This document shows, piece after piece, positions 17,090-24,000 of a stretch of 24,000 nucleotides of DNA. The number at the start of each line of letters is the position of its first letter. The stretch's first letter is position 1. Source of the stretch: Actinomycetota bacterium (lineage in GTDB: Bacteria; Actinomycetota; Actinomycetes; S36-B12; UBA5976); assembly GCA_026392535.1 (NCBI GenBank), contig JAPLBX010000078.1, positions 13,938 through 37,937 of the forward strand, read 5' to 3'. The notes beneath the pieces are model-generated. The model saw only the letters and a program-made list of their open reading frames with translations, ran no database searches and was not told the DNA's origin. The position numbers were made by a program, and so were the translations under genes.

Positions 17090-17737
17090 ATGACGAAGAC
17101 ACAACAGGGAGTATTGGGCACCAAGCTCGGTATGACTCAGGTGTGGGACGCCGAAAATAAAATCGTCCCAGTAACAGTTATTGCTGCAGGTCCTTGTGTA
17201 GTTACACAAGTTCGCACCGCAGAAAAAGACGGTTACAGCGCTATCCAAATTGCTTTTGGTGAAATTGAACCACGCAAAGTTTCTAAGCCAGAAACTGGTC
17301 ACTTTGAAAAAGTTGGTGTAACTCCACGCCGTCACTTGGCAGAAATTCGTACCGATGATTCAGCGAATTACACAGTGGGTCAAGAAATCACTGCAGAGAC
17401 TTTTGCTGCTGGCCAACTAGTTGACATCACGGGAACTTCACGTGGTCACGGTTTCGCCGGTGTTATGAAGCGTCACGGCTTCCACGGTTTGCGCGCAACA
17501 CATGGTGTTCACCGCAAGCACCGTTCACCAGGTTCTATCGGTGGCTGTTCAACTCCAGGTCGCGTTTTCCGCGGTCAAAAGATGGCTGGCCGCATGGGTG
17601 GAGATCGCACTACAACACAAAACCTAACTGTTCAATCAGTTGATGCAGAAAAAGGTTTGTTGTTGATTAAGGGTGCAATTCCTGGAAATAAAGGTTCACT
17701 AGTTTTGGTCCGCAATGCAGTTAAGGCAGGTTTGTAA
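17090..17737 (+). CDS. rplC: 50S ribosomal protein L3
   Basis: [20 protein letters not shown] matches the L3 N-terminus. The track start 16988 overlaps rpsJ and was rejected. AAGGGA at 17075-17080 precedes ATG 17090. Confidence 0.96.
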   Translation: MTKTQQGVLGTKLGMTQVWDAENKIVPVTVIAAGPCVVTQVRTAEKDGYSAIQIAFGEIEPRKVSKPETGHFEKVGVTPRRHLAEIRTDDSANYTVGQEITAETFAAGQLVDITGTSRGHGFAGVMKRHGFHGLRATHGVHRKHRSPGSIGGCSTPGRVFRGQKMAGRMGGDRTTTQNLTVQSVDAEKGLLLIKGAIPGNKGSLVLVRNAVKAGL

Positions 17738-18408
17738 TGACAACAGTTGATGTCAAAACTCCAGCTGGCGGCTCTGCTGGCAAATTTGAACTTCCTGAAG
17801 AGGTTTTCGGTGTGCAAGCAAATGTGCCACTGATTCACCAGGTAGTTGTTGCACAACTTGCAGCAGCGCGCCAAGGAACTGCAGATACTAAAGATCGCGG
17901 TGAAGTACGCGGTTCAGGTAAGAAGCCTTTCAAGCAGAAGGGAACCGGTCGCGCGCGTCAGGGTTCTGTTCGTGCTCCACATATGAAGGGCGGTGGCGTT
18001 GTTCATGGACCAACACCACGTTCTTACGATCAACGCACTCCTAAGAAAATGAAGGCAGCTGCACTTCGTGGCGCACTTTCAGATCGTGCACGCAACAACG
18101 CGCTTCATATTGTTAGTGCTTTTGTTGAAGGTAAATCACCTTCGACAAAAGTTGCACTTTCAGTGATTGCAAACATTGCAACCGGCAAGAACGTTCTTGC
18201 GGTTGTAAATCGTGGAGACGATGTATCAGCATTGTCATTACGCAACGCAGCAAACATTCACGTTTTGTTTGTTGACCAACTCAACACATACGACGTGCTT
18301 TTGTCAGACGATGTTGTATTCACCAAGGGCGCTATTGAGCAATTCTTGGCTGGTCCAATCGTTGGTAAATCTGTTAAAGCAGTTGCAAGCGAAAGTGAGA
18401 TTGCATAA
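17737..18408 (+). CDS. rplD: 50S ribosomal protein L4
   Basis: 223 aa. Contains [34 protein letters not shown]. The start overlaps the rplC stop (TAATG). Confidence 0.97.
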   Translation: MTTVDVKTPAGGSAGKFELPEEVFGVQANVPLIHQVVVAQLAAARQGTADTKDRGEVRGSGKKPFKQKGTGRARQGSVRAPHMKGGGVVHGPTPRSYDQRTPKKMKAAALRGALSDRARNNALHIVSAFVEGKSPSTKVALSVIANIATGKNVLAVVNRGDDVSALSLRNAANIHVLFVDQLNTYDVLLSDDVVFTKGAIEQFLAGPIVGKSVKAVASESEIA

Positions 18409-18707
18409 TGGCTTTGAACATTGCAGACCCACGCGACATCATCATTTCACCAGTGATCTCTGAAAAGTCATACGGTTTAATTGATGAAAACAAGTACACA
18501 TTCTTGGTATCAGTTGATGCAAACAAGACTCAGATCAAACAAGCTATCGAATCAATTTTCGGAGTTCGAGTTACATCAGTTAATACTTTAATTCGCCAAG
18601 GCAAAGTAGTTCGTTCACGTTCTGGACTCGGCCGCCGCAATAAGACCAAGCGCGCAATCGTCAGCATCGCTGCCGGTGAACGCATCGACCTCTTTAGCGG
18701 AAACTAA
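18408..18707 (+). CDS. rplW: 50S ribosomal protein L23
   Basis: 99 aa. Contains [10 protein letters not shown] and [22 protein letters not shown] overlap with rplD. Confidence 0.96.
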   Translation: MALNIADPRDIIISPVISEKSYGLIDENKYTFLVSVDANKTQIKQAIESIFGVRVTSVNTLIRQGKVVRSRSGLGRRNKTKRAIVSIAAGERIDLFSGN

Positions 18708-18727
18708 TACGGAAAGGTCAGTAGATA

Positions 18728-19564
18728 ATGGGTATTCGCAAATACAAGCCGACGACTCCAGGTCGTCGCGGTAGCAGCGTTGCTGACTTCGTAGAAGTTA
18801 CACGTTCAGAGCCTGAAAAGTCCTTGGTTCGTCCACTACATAAATCTGGTGGACGTAACTCAAGCGGTCGCATCACAAATCGTCACGTAGGTGGCGGTCA
18901 CAAGCGTGCTTACCGCATCATCGACTTCCGTCGTGCAGATAAAGATGGTGTACCTGCAAAAGTTGCACACATCGAGTACGACCCGAACCGCACAGCTCGT
19001 ATTGCTTTGTTGCATTACGCAGATGGCGAAAAGCGCTACATCATTGCTCCAAATAAATTGAAGCAAGGTGACGCCATTGAAACTGGTGCAAGCGCAGACA
19101 TTAAGCCTGGTAATAACTTGCCTCTACGCAACATTCCAGTTGGAACTGTGATTCACGCTGTTGAATTACGTCCAGCCGGTGGTGCAAAGATCGCACGTTC
19201 AGCTGGTGTATCAATTCAGTTGGTCGCAAAAGAAGGACAGTTTGCTCAACTTCGTTTGCCATCAGGTGAAATTCGTAACGTAGATGTTCGTTGCCGAGCA
19301 ACCATTGGTGAAGTTGGTAACGCAGAACAATCAAACATCAACTGGGGTAAAGCTGGCCGTATGCGTTGGAAGGGCAAGCGCCCAACCGTCCGCGGTGTAG
19401 CAATGAACCCAGTCGACCACCCTCATGGTGGTGGTGAAGGTAAAACTTCAGGTGGACGTCACCCAGTTAATCCAAACGGTAAACCAGAAGGCCGTACTCG
19501 CCGACGTAACAAGTCAAGCGATTCATTAATTATCCGCCGCCGCAAGAGCAACAAGAGTCGCTAG
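18728..19564 (+). CDS. rplB: 50S ribosomal protein L2
   Basis: 278 aa. Contains [15 protein letters not shown] and [27 protein letters not shown]. Confidence 0.98.
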   Translation: MGIRKYKPTTPGRRGSSVADFVEVTRSEPEKSLVRPLHKSGGRNSSGRITNRHVGGGHKRAYRIIDFRRADKDGVPAKVAHIEYDPNRTARIALLHYADGEKRYIIAPNKLKQGDAIETGASADIKPGNNLPLRNIPVGTVIHAVELRPAGGAKIARSAGVSIQLVAKEGQFAQLRLPSGEIRNVDVRCRATIGEVGNAEQSNINWGKAGRMRWKGKRPTVRGVAMNPVDHPHGGGEGKTSGGRHPVNPNGKPEGRTRRRNKSSDSLIIRRRKSNKSR

Positions 19565-19575
19565 GAAAGATCAGA

Positions 19576-19857
19576 ATGCCACGTAGTTTGAAAAAAGGCC
19601 CATTCGTTGACGGTCACCTCGAAAAAAAGGTGAATGGTCAGAACGAAAAGGGAACACACAATGTCATCAAGACATGGTCACGTCGCTCGATGATCTTGCC
19701 TACCTTCATCGGTCACACAATTGCCGTTCATGATGGACGTAAGCACATCCCTGTGTTTATTTCCGATGCAATGGTTGGACACAAGCTCGGTGAATTTGCA
19801 CCAACTCGTACCTACAAAGGGCACGTCAAGGACGACCGGAAGGCCAAGCGTAAGTAG
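19576..19857 (+). CDS. rpsS: 30S ribosomal protein S19
   Basis: 93 aa. Contains [15 protein letters not shown] and [15 protein letters not shown]. Confidence 0.98.
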   Translation: MPRSLKKGPFVDGHLEKKVNGQNEKGTHNVIKTWSRRSMILPTFIGHTIAVHDGRKHIPVFISDAMVGHKLGEFAPTRTYKGHVKDDRKAKRK

Positions 19858-19901
19858 CCCGCTGGGTTATTTCGCTTGACTTCGGAAGAGAGAAGAGAAA
19901 G

Positions 19902-20258
19902 ATGACGATGGAAGCCAAGGCTGTCGCGAAGTTTGTTCGCGTAACGCCTCAAAAGGCACGTCGAGTCGTGGATTTGATCCGTGGCATGAATGCTTTAGAA
20001 GCTAAATCTGTATTGCAGTTTGCTCCGCAGGCTGCAAGTGAGCCAATTGGCAAAGTGCTCGCAAGTGCAGTTGCTAATGCATCACACAACCTCAGCCTTG
20101 ACCCTGCTAGCTTGTGGATTACACAAGCATTTGTTGATGAAGGTCCGACCATGAAGCGTTTTCGCCCACGTGCACAAGGACGAGCATTTCGCATCAACAA
20201 GCGCACAAGCCACATCACAGTAGTCGTTGAATCACGACCTAACGGAAAGAAGGGATAA
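19902..20258 (+). CDS. rplV: 50S ribosomal protein L22
   Basis: 118 aa. Contains [20 protein letters not shown] and [19 protein letters not shown]. The start could instead be ATG 19908. Confidence 0.95.
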   Translation: MTMEAKAVAKFVRVTPQKARRVVDLIRGMNALEAKSVLQFAPQAASEPIGKVLASAVANASHNLSLDPASLWITQAFVDEGPTMKRFRPRAQGRAFRINKRTSHITVVVESRPNGKKG

Positions 20259-20262
20259 CGCC

Positions 20263-21090
20263 ATGGGACAAAAAATTAACCCAAACGGTTTCCGTCTAGG
20301 TATCACCACAGATTTCACATCACGTTGGTTTGCAGACACAACAAAAGTTGGTCAGCGTTACTCTGACTATGTCAAAGAAGATGTTGCAATTCGTGCAATG
20401 CTGAAAAAAGGCATGGACCGCGCTGGAATTGCAAAAGTTGAAATCGAACGTACACGTGAACGTGTTCGCATCGACATTCACACTGCCCGCCCAGGTGTTG
20501 TTATCGGCCGTCAAGGTCAAGCAGCAGACAAATTGCGTCAAGATCTAGAACAACTAACTGGCAAGCAAGTTCAATTGAACATTCTTGAAGTTAAGAATCC
20601 AGAAATGGATTCCCAACTAGTTGCAATTGGTGTTGCCGAACAACTTGCAAGCCGGGTTTCATTCCGTCGTGCAATGCGAAAAGCAATTCAGTCTTCACTC
20701 AAGGCTGGCGCAAAAGGAATTCGTATTCAGGTTTCAGGTCGCCTTGGTGGCGCTGAAATGAGCCGTACTGAGTTTTACCGCGAAGGTCGTGTTCCACTAC
20801 ACACATTGCGTGCAAACATTGATTACGGTTTTTACGAATCACACACCACTTTCGGTCGCATCGGCGTTAAGGTTTGGATCTACAAGGGTGATGCACTAGC
20901 TACTCGCGCAGAACGCGAAGCTGCTGCACTTGCAGAACGCCAAGCACCAGCTCGCCGCAGCAACGACACCCGTGGACGTCGTCCACGTCGTGACGAACAA
21001 GGCGCAAGCGACAATACAAATGTTGAAACCCCAGCTACCGAAGCACCAGTTGCTGAAGTTGCTACCGAGACCGTTGAAAGCGCAGGCTAA
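20263..21090 (+). CDS. rpsC: 30S ribosomal protein S3
   Basis: [18 protein letters not shown] is the canonical N-terminus. The track start 20227 overlaps rplV and was rejected. The C-terminal charged tail is typical of actinobacterial S3. Confidence 0.97.
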   Translation: MGQKINPNGFRLGITTDFTSRWFADTTKVGQRYSDYVKEDVAIRAMLKKGMDRAGIAKVEIERTRERVRIDIHTARPGVVIGRQGQAADKLRQDLEQLTGKQVQLNILEVKNPEMDSQLVAIGVAEQLASRVSFRRAMRKAIQSSLKAGAKGIRIQVSGRLGGAEMSRTEFYREGRVPLHTLRANIDYGFYESHTTFGRIGVKVWIYKGDALATRAEREAAALAERQAPARRSNDTRGRRPRRDEQGASDNTNVETPATEAPVAEVATETVESAG

Positions 21091-21095
21091 TAATT

Positions 21096-21515
21096 ATGTT
21101 GATGCCTCGTCGTGTTAAGCACCGCAAGCAACACCACCCAGGTCGTTCTGGTGCTGCAAAAGGTGGTACTCAAGTGACTTTTGGTGAGTGGGGACTGCAA
21201 GCACTTGAACCTGCTTACGTAACCAACCGCCAGATTGAATCAGCGCGTATTGCGATGACTCGTCACATCCGTCGTGGTGGAAAGGTTTGGATCAACATTT
21301 ATCCAGACCGTCCGATCACCAAGAAGCCAGCGGAAACTCGCATGGGTTCCGGTAAAGGTTCACCTGAATGGTGGATTGCAAACGTCAAGCCAGGTCGGGT
21401 GATGTTTGAAATCTCATACCCAAATGAAAAGACAGCACAAGAAGCTCTTTTACGTGCAGCACACAAGCTGCCAATGAAATGCCGAATTATTCGTCGCGAG
21501 GAGGTGGCTAACTAA
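21096..21515 (+). CDS. rplP: 50S ribosomal protein L16
   Basis: 139 aa. Contains [25 protein letters not shown] and [12 protein letters not shown]. Confidence 0.97.
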   Translation: MLMPRRVKHRKQHHPGRSGAAKGGTQVTFGEWGLQALEPAYVTNRQIESARIAMTRHIRRGGKVWINIYPDRPITKKPAETRMGSGKGSPEWWIANVKPGRVMFEISYPNEKTAQEALLRAAHKLPMKCRIIRREEVAN

Positions 21516-21517
21516 TC

Positions 21518-21742
21518 ATGGCTACATCGAACAACATTGATGAACTGCGGACTATGACTGACGCAGAGCTAGTCAACAAATTGCGCGACGCAAAGGCTGA
21601 ACTTTTCAACCTTCGCTTCCAAGCTGCAACTGGCCAACTAGAAAGCCACGGCCGCTTGAATGCTGGACGCAAAGAAATTGCACGCATCTACACAATTCTG
21701 CGTGAACGTGAACTAGGTATCACTTCCGGTGGTGCTGCATGA
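21518..21742 (+). CDS. rpmC: 50S ribosomal protein L29
   Basis: 74 aa. Contains [34 protein letters not shown]. Confidence 0.95.
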   Translation: MATSNNIDELRTMTDAELVNKLRDAKAELFNLRFQAATGQLESHGRLNAGRKEIARIYTILRERELGITSGGAA

Positions 21743-22017
21743 GCTCGAAGGAAACTGTGACTATTGAACGCGGCGAACGCAAAGTTCGCGAAGGAATCGT
21801 TGTAAGTAACAAGATGGATAAAACCATTGTCGTTATCGTCGAGGATCGTTTCAAGCATCCGCTCTACGGCAAAGTTGTGCATCGCTCAAACAAGCTAAAA
21901 GCACATGATGAAACAAATGATTGCGGAATAGGCGATCGTGTCCTGTTGATGGAAACTCGACCATTGTCAGCAACAAAGCGCTGGCGTGTGGTTGAAGTTC
22001 TTGAGCGGGCTAAGTAA
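21739..22017 (+). CDS. rpsQ: 30S ribosomal protein S17
   Basis: 92 aa. Contains [38 protein letters not shown] overlap with rpmC. Confidence 0.96.
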   Translation: MSSKETVTIERGERKVREGIVVSNKMDKTIVVIVEDRFKHPLYGKVVHRSNKLKAHDETNDCGIGDRVLLMETRPLSATKRWRVVEVLERAK

Positions 22018-22035
22018 GCGGATAGGGAATAGAAA

Positions 22036-22404
22036 ATGATTCAGCAAGAATCTCGACTTCGTGTCGCTGACAACACCGGCGCAAAAGAAATTTTGTGCAT
22101 TCGTGTTCTCGGCGGTTCAAGCCGTCGTTACGCAGGCATTGGCGATGTAATCGTGGCCACCGTTAAGGATGCAATTCCTGGCGGAAACGTAAAGAAGGGT
22201 GACGTCGTAAAAGCAGTGATCGTTCGTACTGTTAAGCAACGTCGTCGTCCAGACGGTTCATACATCCGCTTCGACGAAAACGCAGCAGTAATTTTGAAAG
22301 CTGACGGCGAACCACGCGGAACCCGCATCTTCGGCCCAGTTGGTCGTGAACTTCGTGAAAAGCGTTTCATGAAGATTGTTTCACTAGCACCTGAGGTGAT
22401 CTAA
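22036..22404 (+). CDS. rplN: 50S ribosomal protein L14
   Basis: 122 aa. Contains [28 protein letters not shown]. Confidence 0.98.
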   Translation: MIQQESRLRVADNTGAKEILCIRVLGGSSRRYAGIGDVIVATVKDAIPGGNVKKGDVVKAVIVRTVKQRRRPDGSYIRFDENAAVILKADGEPRGTRIFGPVGRELREKRFMKIVSLAPEVI

Positions 22405-22406
22405 CG

Positions 22407-22865
22407 ATGGCACATGTTAAAAAGGGTGACACCGTTTTGGTTATCGCTGGTAAAGACAAAGGCGTCAAAGGAACTGTTCTTTCAGTTCTAAGAGATGTTG
22501 ACAAAGTTCTTGTCGAAGGCGTTAACCGCGTTAAGCGTCATACCAAAGTTACTACTGGAGCTCGCGGTGTTGCAGCCGGCGGAATCCAAATCCAAGAAGC
22601 ACCAATTCACATTTCAAATGTGAAACTTCTTAAGGATGAAAAGAAGAAGGAAACTAAAAAAGCTTCTTCAAAGGTGAAGGAAGATGTTTCTGAAGATACT
22701 GTTTCTGAAACTGAAGCTAAGCCAGTAGCAAAGAAAGCACCTGCTAAGAAGGCAGTAGCTAAAAAAGCAGTAGCAAAGAAAGCTTCTGCTGAAAAAGCAC
22801 CTGCAAAGAAAGCAGTAGCAAAGAAAGCTCCTGCTAAAAAAGCAACGAAATCTAAGAAGGCATAA
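22407..22865 (+). CDS. rplX: 50S ribosomal protein L24 with a 77-aa Lys/Ala-rich C-terminal extension
   Basis: The KOW core is [24 protein letters not shown]...[11 protein letters not shown] (residues 1-75). After it come a mixed-charge linker and AKK pentapeptide repeats up to residue 152. Confidence 0.95.
   Translation: MAHVKKGDTVLVIAGKDKGVKGTVLSVLRDVDKVLVEGVNRVKRHTKVTTGARGVAAGGIQIQEAPIHISNVKLLKDEKKKETKKASSKVKEDVSEDTVSETEAKPVAKKAPAKKAVAKKAVAKKASAEKAPAKKAVAKKAPAKKATKSKKA
22722..22862 (+). repeat. In-frame 15-nt (pentapeptide x-x-A-K-K) tandem repeats at the rplX 3' end
   Basis: The peptide is [47 protein letters not shown]. The 18-mer GCAGTAGCAAAGAAAGCT occurs twice, at 22767-22784 and 22812-22829, exactly 45 nt apart. 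Confidence 0.9.
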
Positions 22866-23422
22866 TGTCAGTGCAAACCCAGCCACGCCTAAAAGCGCGC
22901 TATGCAAGTGAAATCGCACCTGCATTGAAAACAGAATTCAGCTACACAAATTCGATGCAAATTCCACGCCTCGTAAAAGTTGTAGTGAACATGGGTGTTG
23001 GTGAAGCCGCACGCGATTCGAAACTAATCGAAGGCGCAATCCGCGACTTGACCACCATTACTGGCCAAAAGCCATCAGTAACCAAAGCCCGTCTTTCAAT
23101 CGCACAGTTCAAATTGCGCGAAGGAATGCCAATTGGTTGCCACGTAACACTACGCGGCGATCGCATGTGGGAATTCCTAGATCGTTTGACTTCAGTTGCA
23201 CTTCCACGTATCCGCGACTTCCGCGGTATCAGTGGGAAGCAATTTGATGGTCACGGCAACTACACCTTCGGTTTGTCTGAACAATCAATGTTCATCGAAA
23301 TCGATCAGGACAGCATCGACCGTCCACGCGGTATGGACATCACAATTGTCACCACCGCATCCAACGACAAAGAGGGTTACGCATTGCTTAAGCAAATCGG
23401 TTTCCCTTTCAAGGAGAACTAA
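22865..23422 (+). CDS. rplE: 50S ribosomal protein L5
   Basis: 185 aa. Contains [19 protein letters not shown] and [21 protein letters not shown] overlap with rplX. Confidence 0.97.
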   Translation: MSVQTQPRLKARYASEIAPALKTEFSYTNSMQIPRLVKVVVNMGVGEAARDSKLIEGAIRDLTTITGQKPSVTKARLSIAQFKLREGMPIGCHVTLRGDRMWEFLDRLTSVALPRIRDFRGISGKQFDGHGNYTFGLSEQSMFIEIDQDSIDRPRGMDITIVTTASNDKEGYALLKQIGFPFKEN

Positions 23423-23608
23423 ATGGCGAAGCTTTCGTTAAAACTCAAGGCTGCTAGAAAGCCTAAGTTTGCAGTTCGTGGATACACCCGTTGCCAACGC
23501 TGCGGTCGTCCACATGCTGTGTACCGCAAATTTGGCCTGTGCCGTATCTGCTTTAGAGAGATGGCACATCGCGGCGAACTACCCGGCGTCACAAAGAGCA
23601 GCTGGTAA
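23423..23608 (+). CDS. rpsN: 30S ribosomal protein S14 type Z (zinc-binding form)
   Basis: 61 aa with [20 protein letters not shown] (CxxC...CxxC). The start is directly adjacent to the rplE stop. Confidence 0.96.
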   Translation: MAKLSLKLKAARKPKFAVRGYTRCQRCGRPHAVYRKFGLCRICFREMAHRGELPGVTKSSW

Positions 23609-23668
23609 ATCAACAACGTTGAAGGTCTAGGGAACTAGAAACCGTAACGAGGAAGGGCGAAGCCCAAA

Positions 23669-24000
23669 ATGACAATGACAGATCCAATCGCGGATATGTT
23701 GACTCGCATCCGAAATGCAAACTCTGCATATAAGGATGTAGTTGTAATGCCTTACTCCAAGATCAAAGCAGGAATTGCTGATATCTTGAAGGAAGAGGGT
23801 TACATCGCTGAAGTCGATTCGCGCGACGCAATCGTCGGTAAAGAATTAGTAGTTTCATTGAAATACGGCCCAAGCCGCGAGCGTTCAATCGCTGGCGTGC
23901 GCCGGGTAAGCAAGCCAGGTCTACGGGTTTACGCAAAGAGCACAAACATGCCACGCGTTCTCGGCGGACTAGGTATTGCAATTATTTCAACTTCAACCGG
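23669..24000 (+). CDS. rpsH: 30S ribosomal protein S8 (partial, continues past the window end)
   Basis: Absent from the ORF track because there is no stop in the window. My hand translation from ATG 23669 gives [111 protein letters not shown], a clear S8. GAGGAAGG lies upstream. Confidence 0.95.
   Translation, partial: MTMTDPIADMLTRIRNANSAYKDVVVMPYSKIKAGIADILKEEGYIAEVDSRDAIVGKELVVSLKYGPSRERSIAGVRRVSKPGLRVYAKSTNMPRVLGGLGIAIISTST

Noticed and set aside
506-20262. N-terminal extensions implied by the ORF-track starts: nusG 506, rplA 2000, rpoB 4446, tuf 15470, rpsJ 16762, rplC 16988, rpsC 20227
   Set aside because: Each longer start lacks an SD and/or overlaps the upstream gene, and adds residues absent from the conserved N-termini. 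Internal in-frame starts with good SD spacing reproduce the canonical N-termini.
1-24000. A hidden defence, toxin-antitoxin, mobile or other accessory system in the window
   Set aside because: Nearly every base is accounted for by universally conserved translation and transcription genes in canonical order. I found no integrase or transposase, no CRISPR-like repeats, and no orphan multi-gene cluster. The only unexplained sequence is noncoding (see findings).

Overview
This window is the conserved transcription/translation core of an actinobacterial-type chromosome, with every gene on the + strand. Gene order is tRNA-Trp, secE-nusG, rplK-rplA, rplJ-rplL, rpoB-rpoC, the str operon (rpsL-rpsG-fusA-tuf), the S10 operon (rpsJ to rpsQ), and the start of the spc operon (rplN to rpsH). 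rpsH runs off the window end and is missing from the ORF track. The actinobacterial assignment is an inference. It rests on protein N-termini that match my memory of actinobacterial orthologues (EF-Tu [21 protein letters not shown]8 [18 protein letters not shown]16 [14 protein letters not shown]), a long acidic NusG N-terminus, and a 61-aa zinc-type S14. Coding GC is about mid-40s percent by hand count, so this would be a low-GC actinobacterium. Seven ORF-track starts look too long, and I moved them to internal starts that have a Shine-Dalgarno sequence: nusG, rplA, rpoB, tuf, rpsJ, rplC and rpsC. I see no defence system, mobile element, CRISPR array or accessory gene, and I do not claim a novel multi-gene system. 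The one part that ordinary annotation does not explain is the 553-nt gap between rpoC and rpsL. It is noncoding, its core is about 61% GC, and it is dense in hairpins, so it is a candidate structured leader or ncRNA. It also carries TATA-like direct repeats and a 10-nt direct repeat flanking the GC-rich core. Secondary observations are an L10-leader-like attenuator upstream of rplJ, a terminator plus re-initiation layout upstream of rpoB, promoter-like elements that share a TTCACC box, and low-complexity tails on L24 (basic AKK pentapeptide repeats), L10 (acidic) and NusG (acidic).
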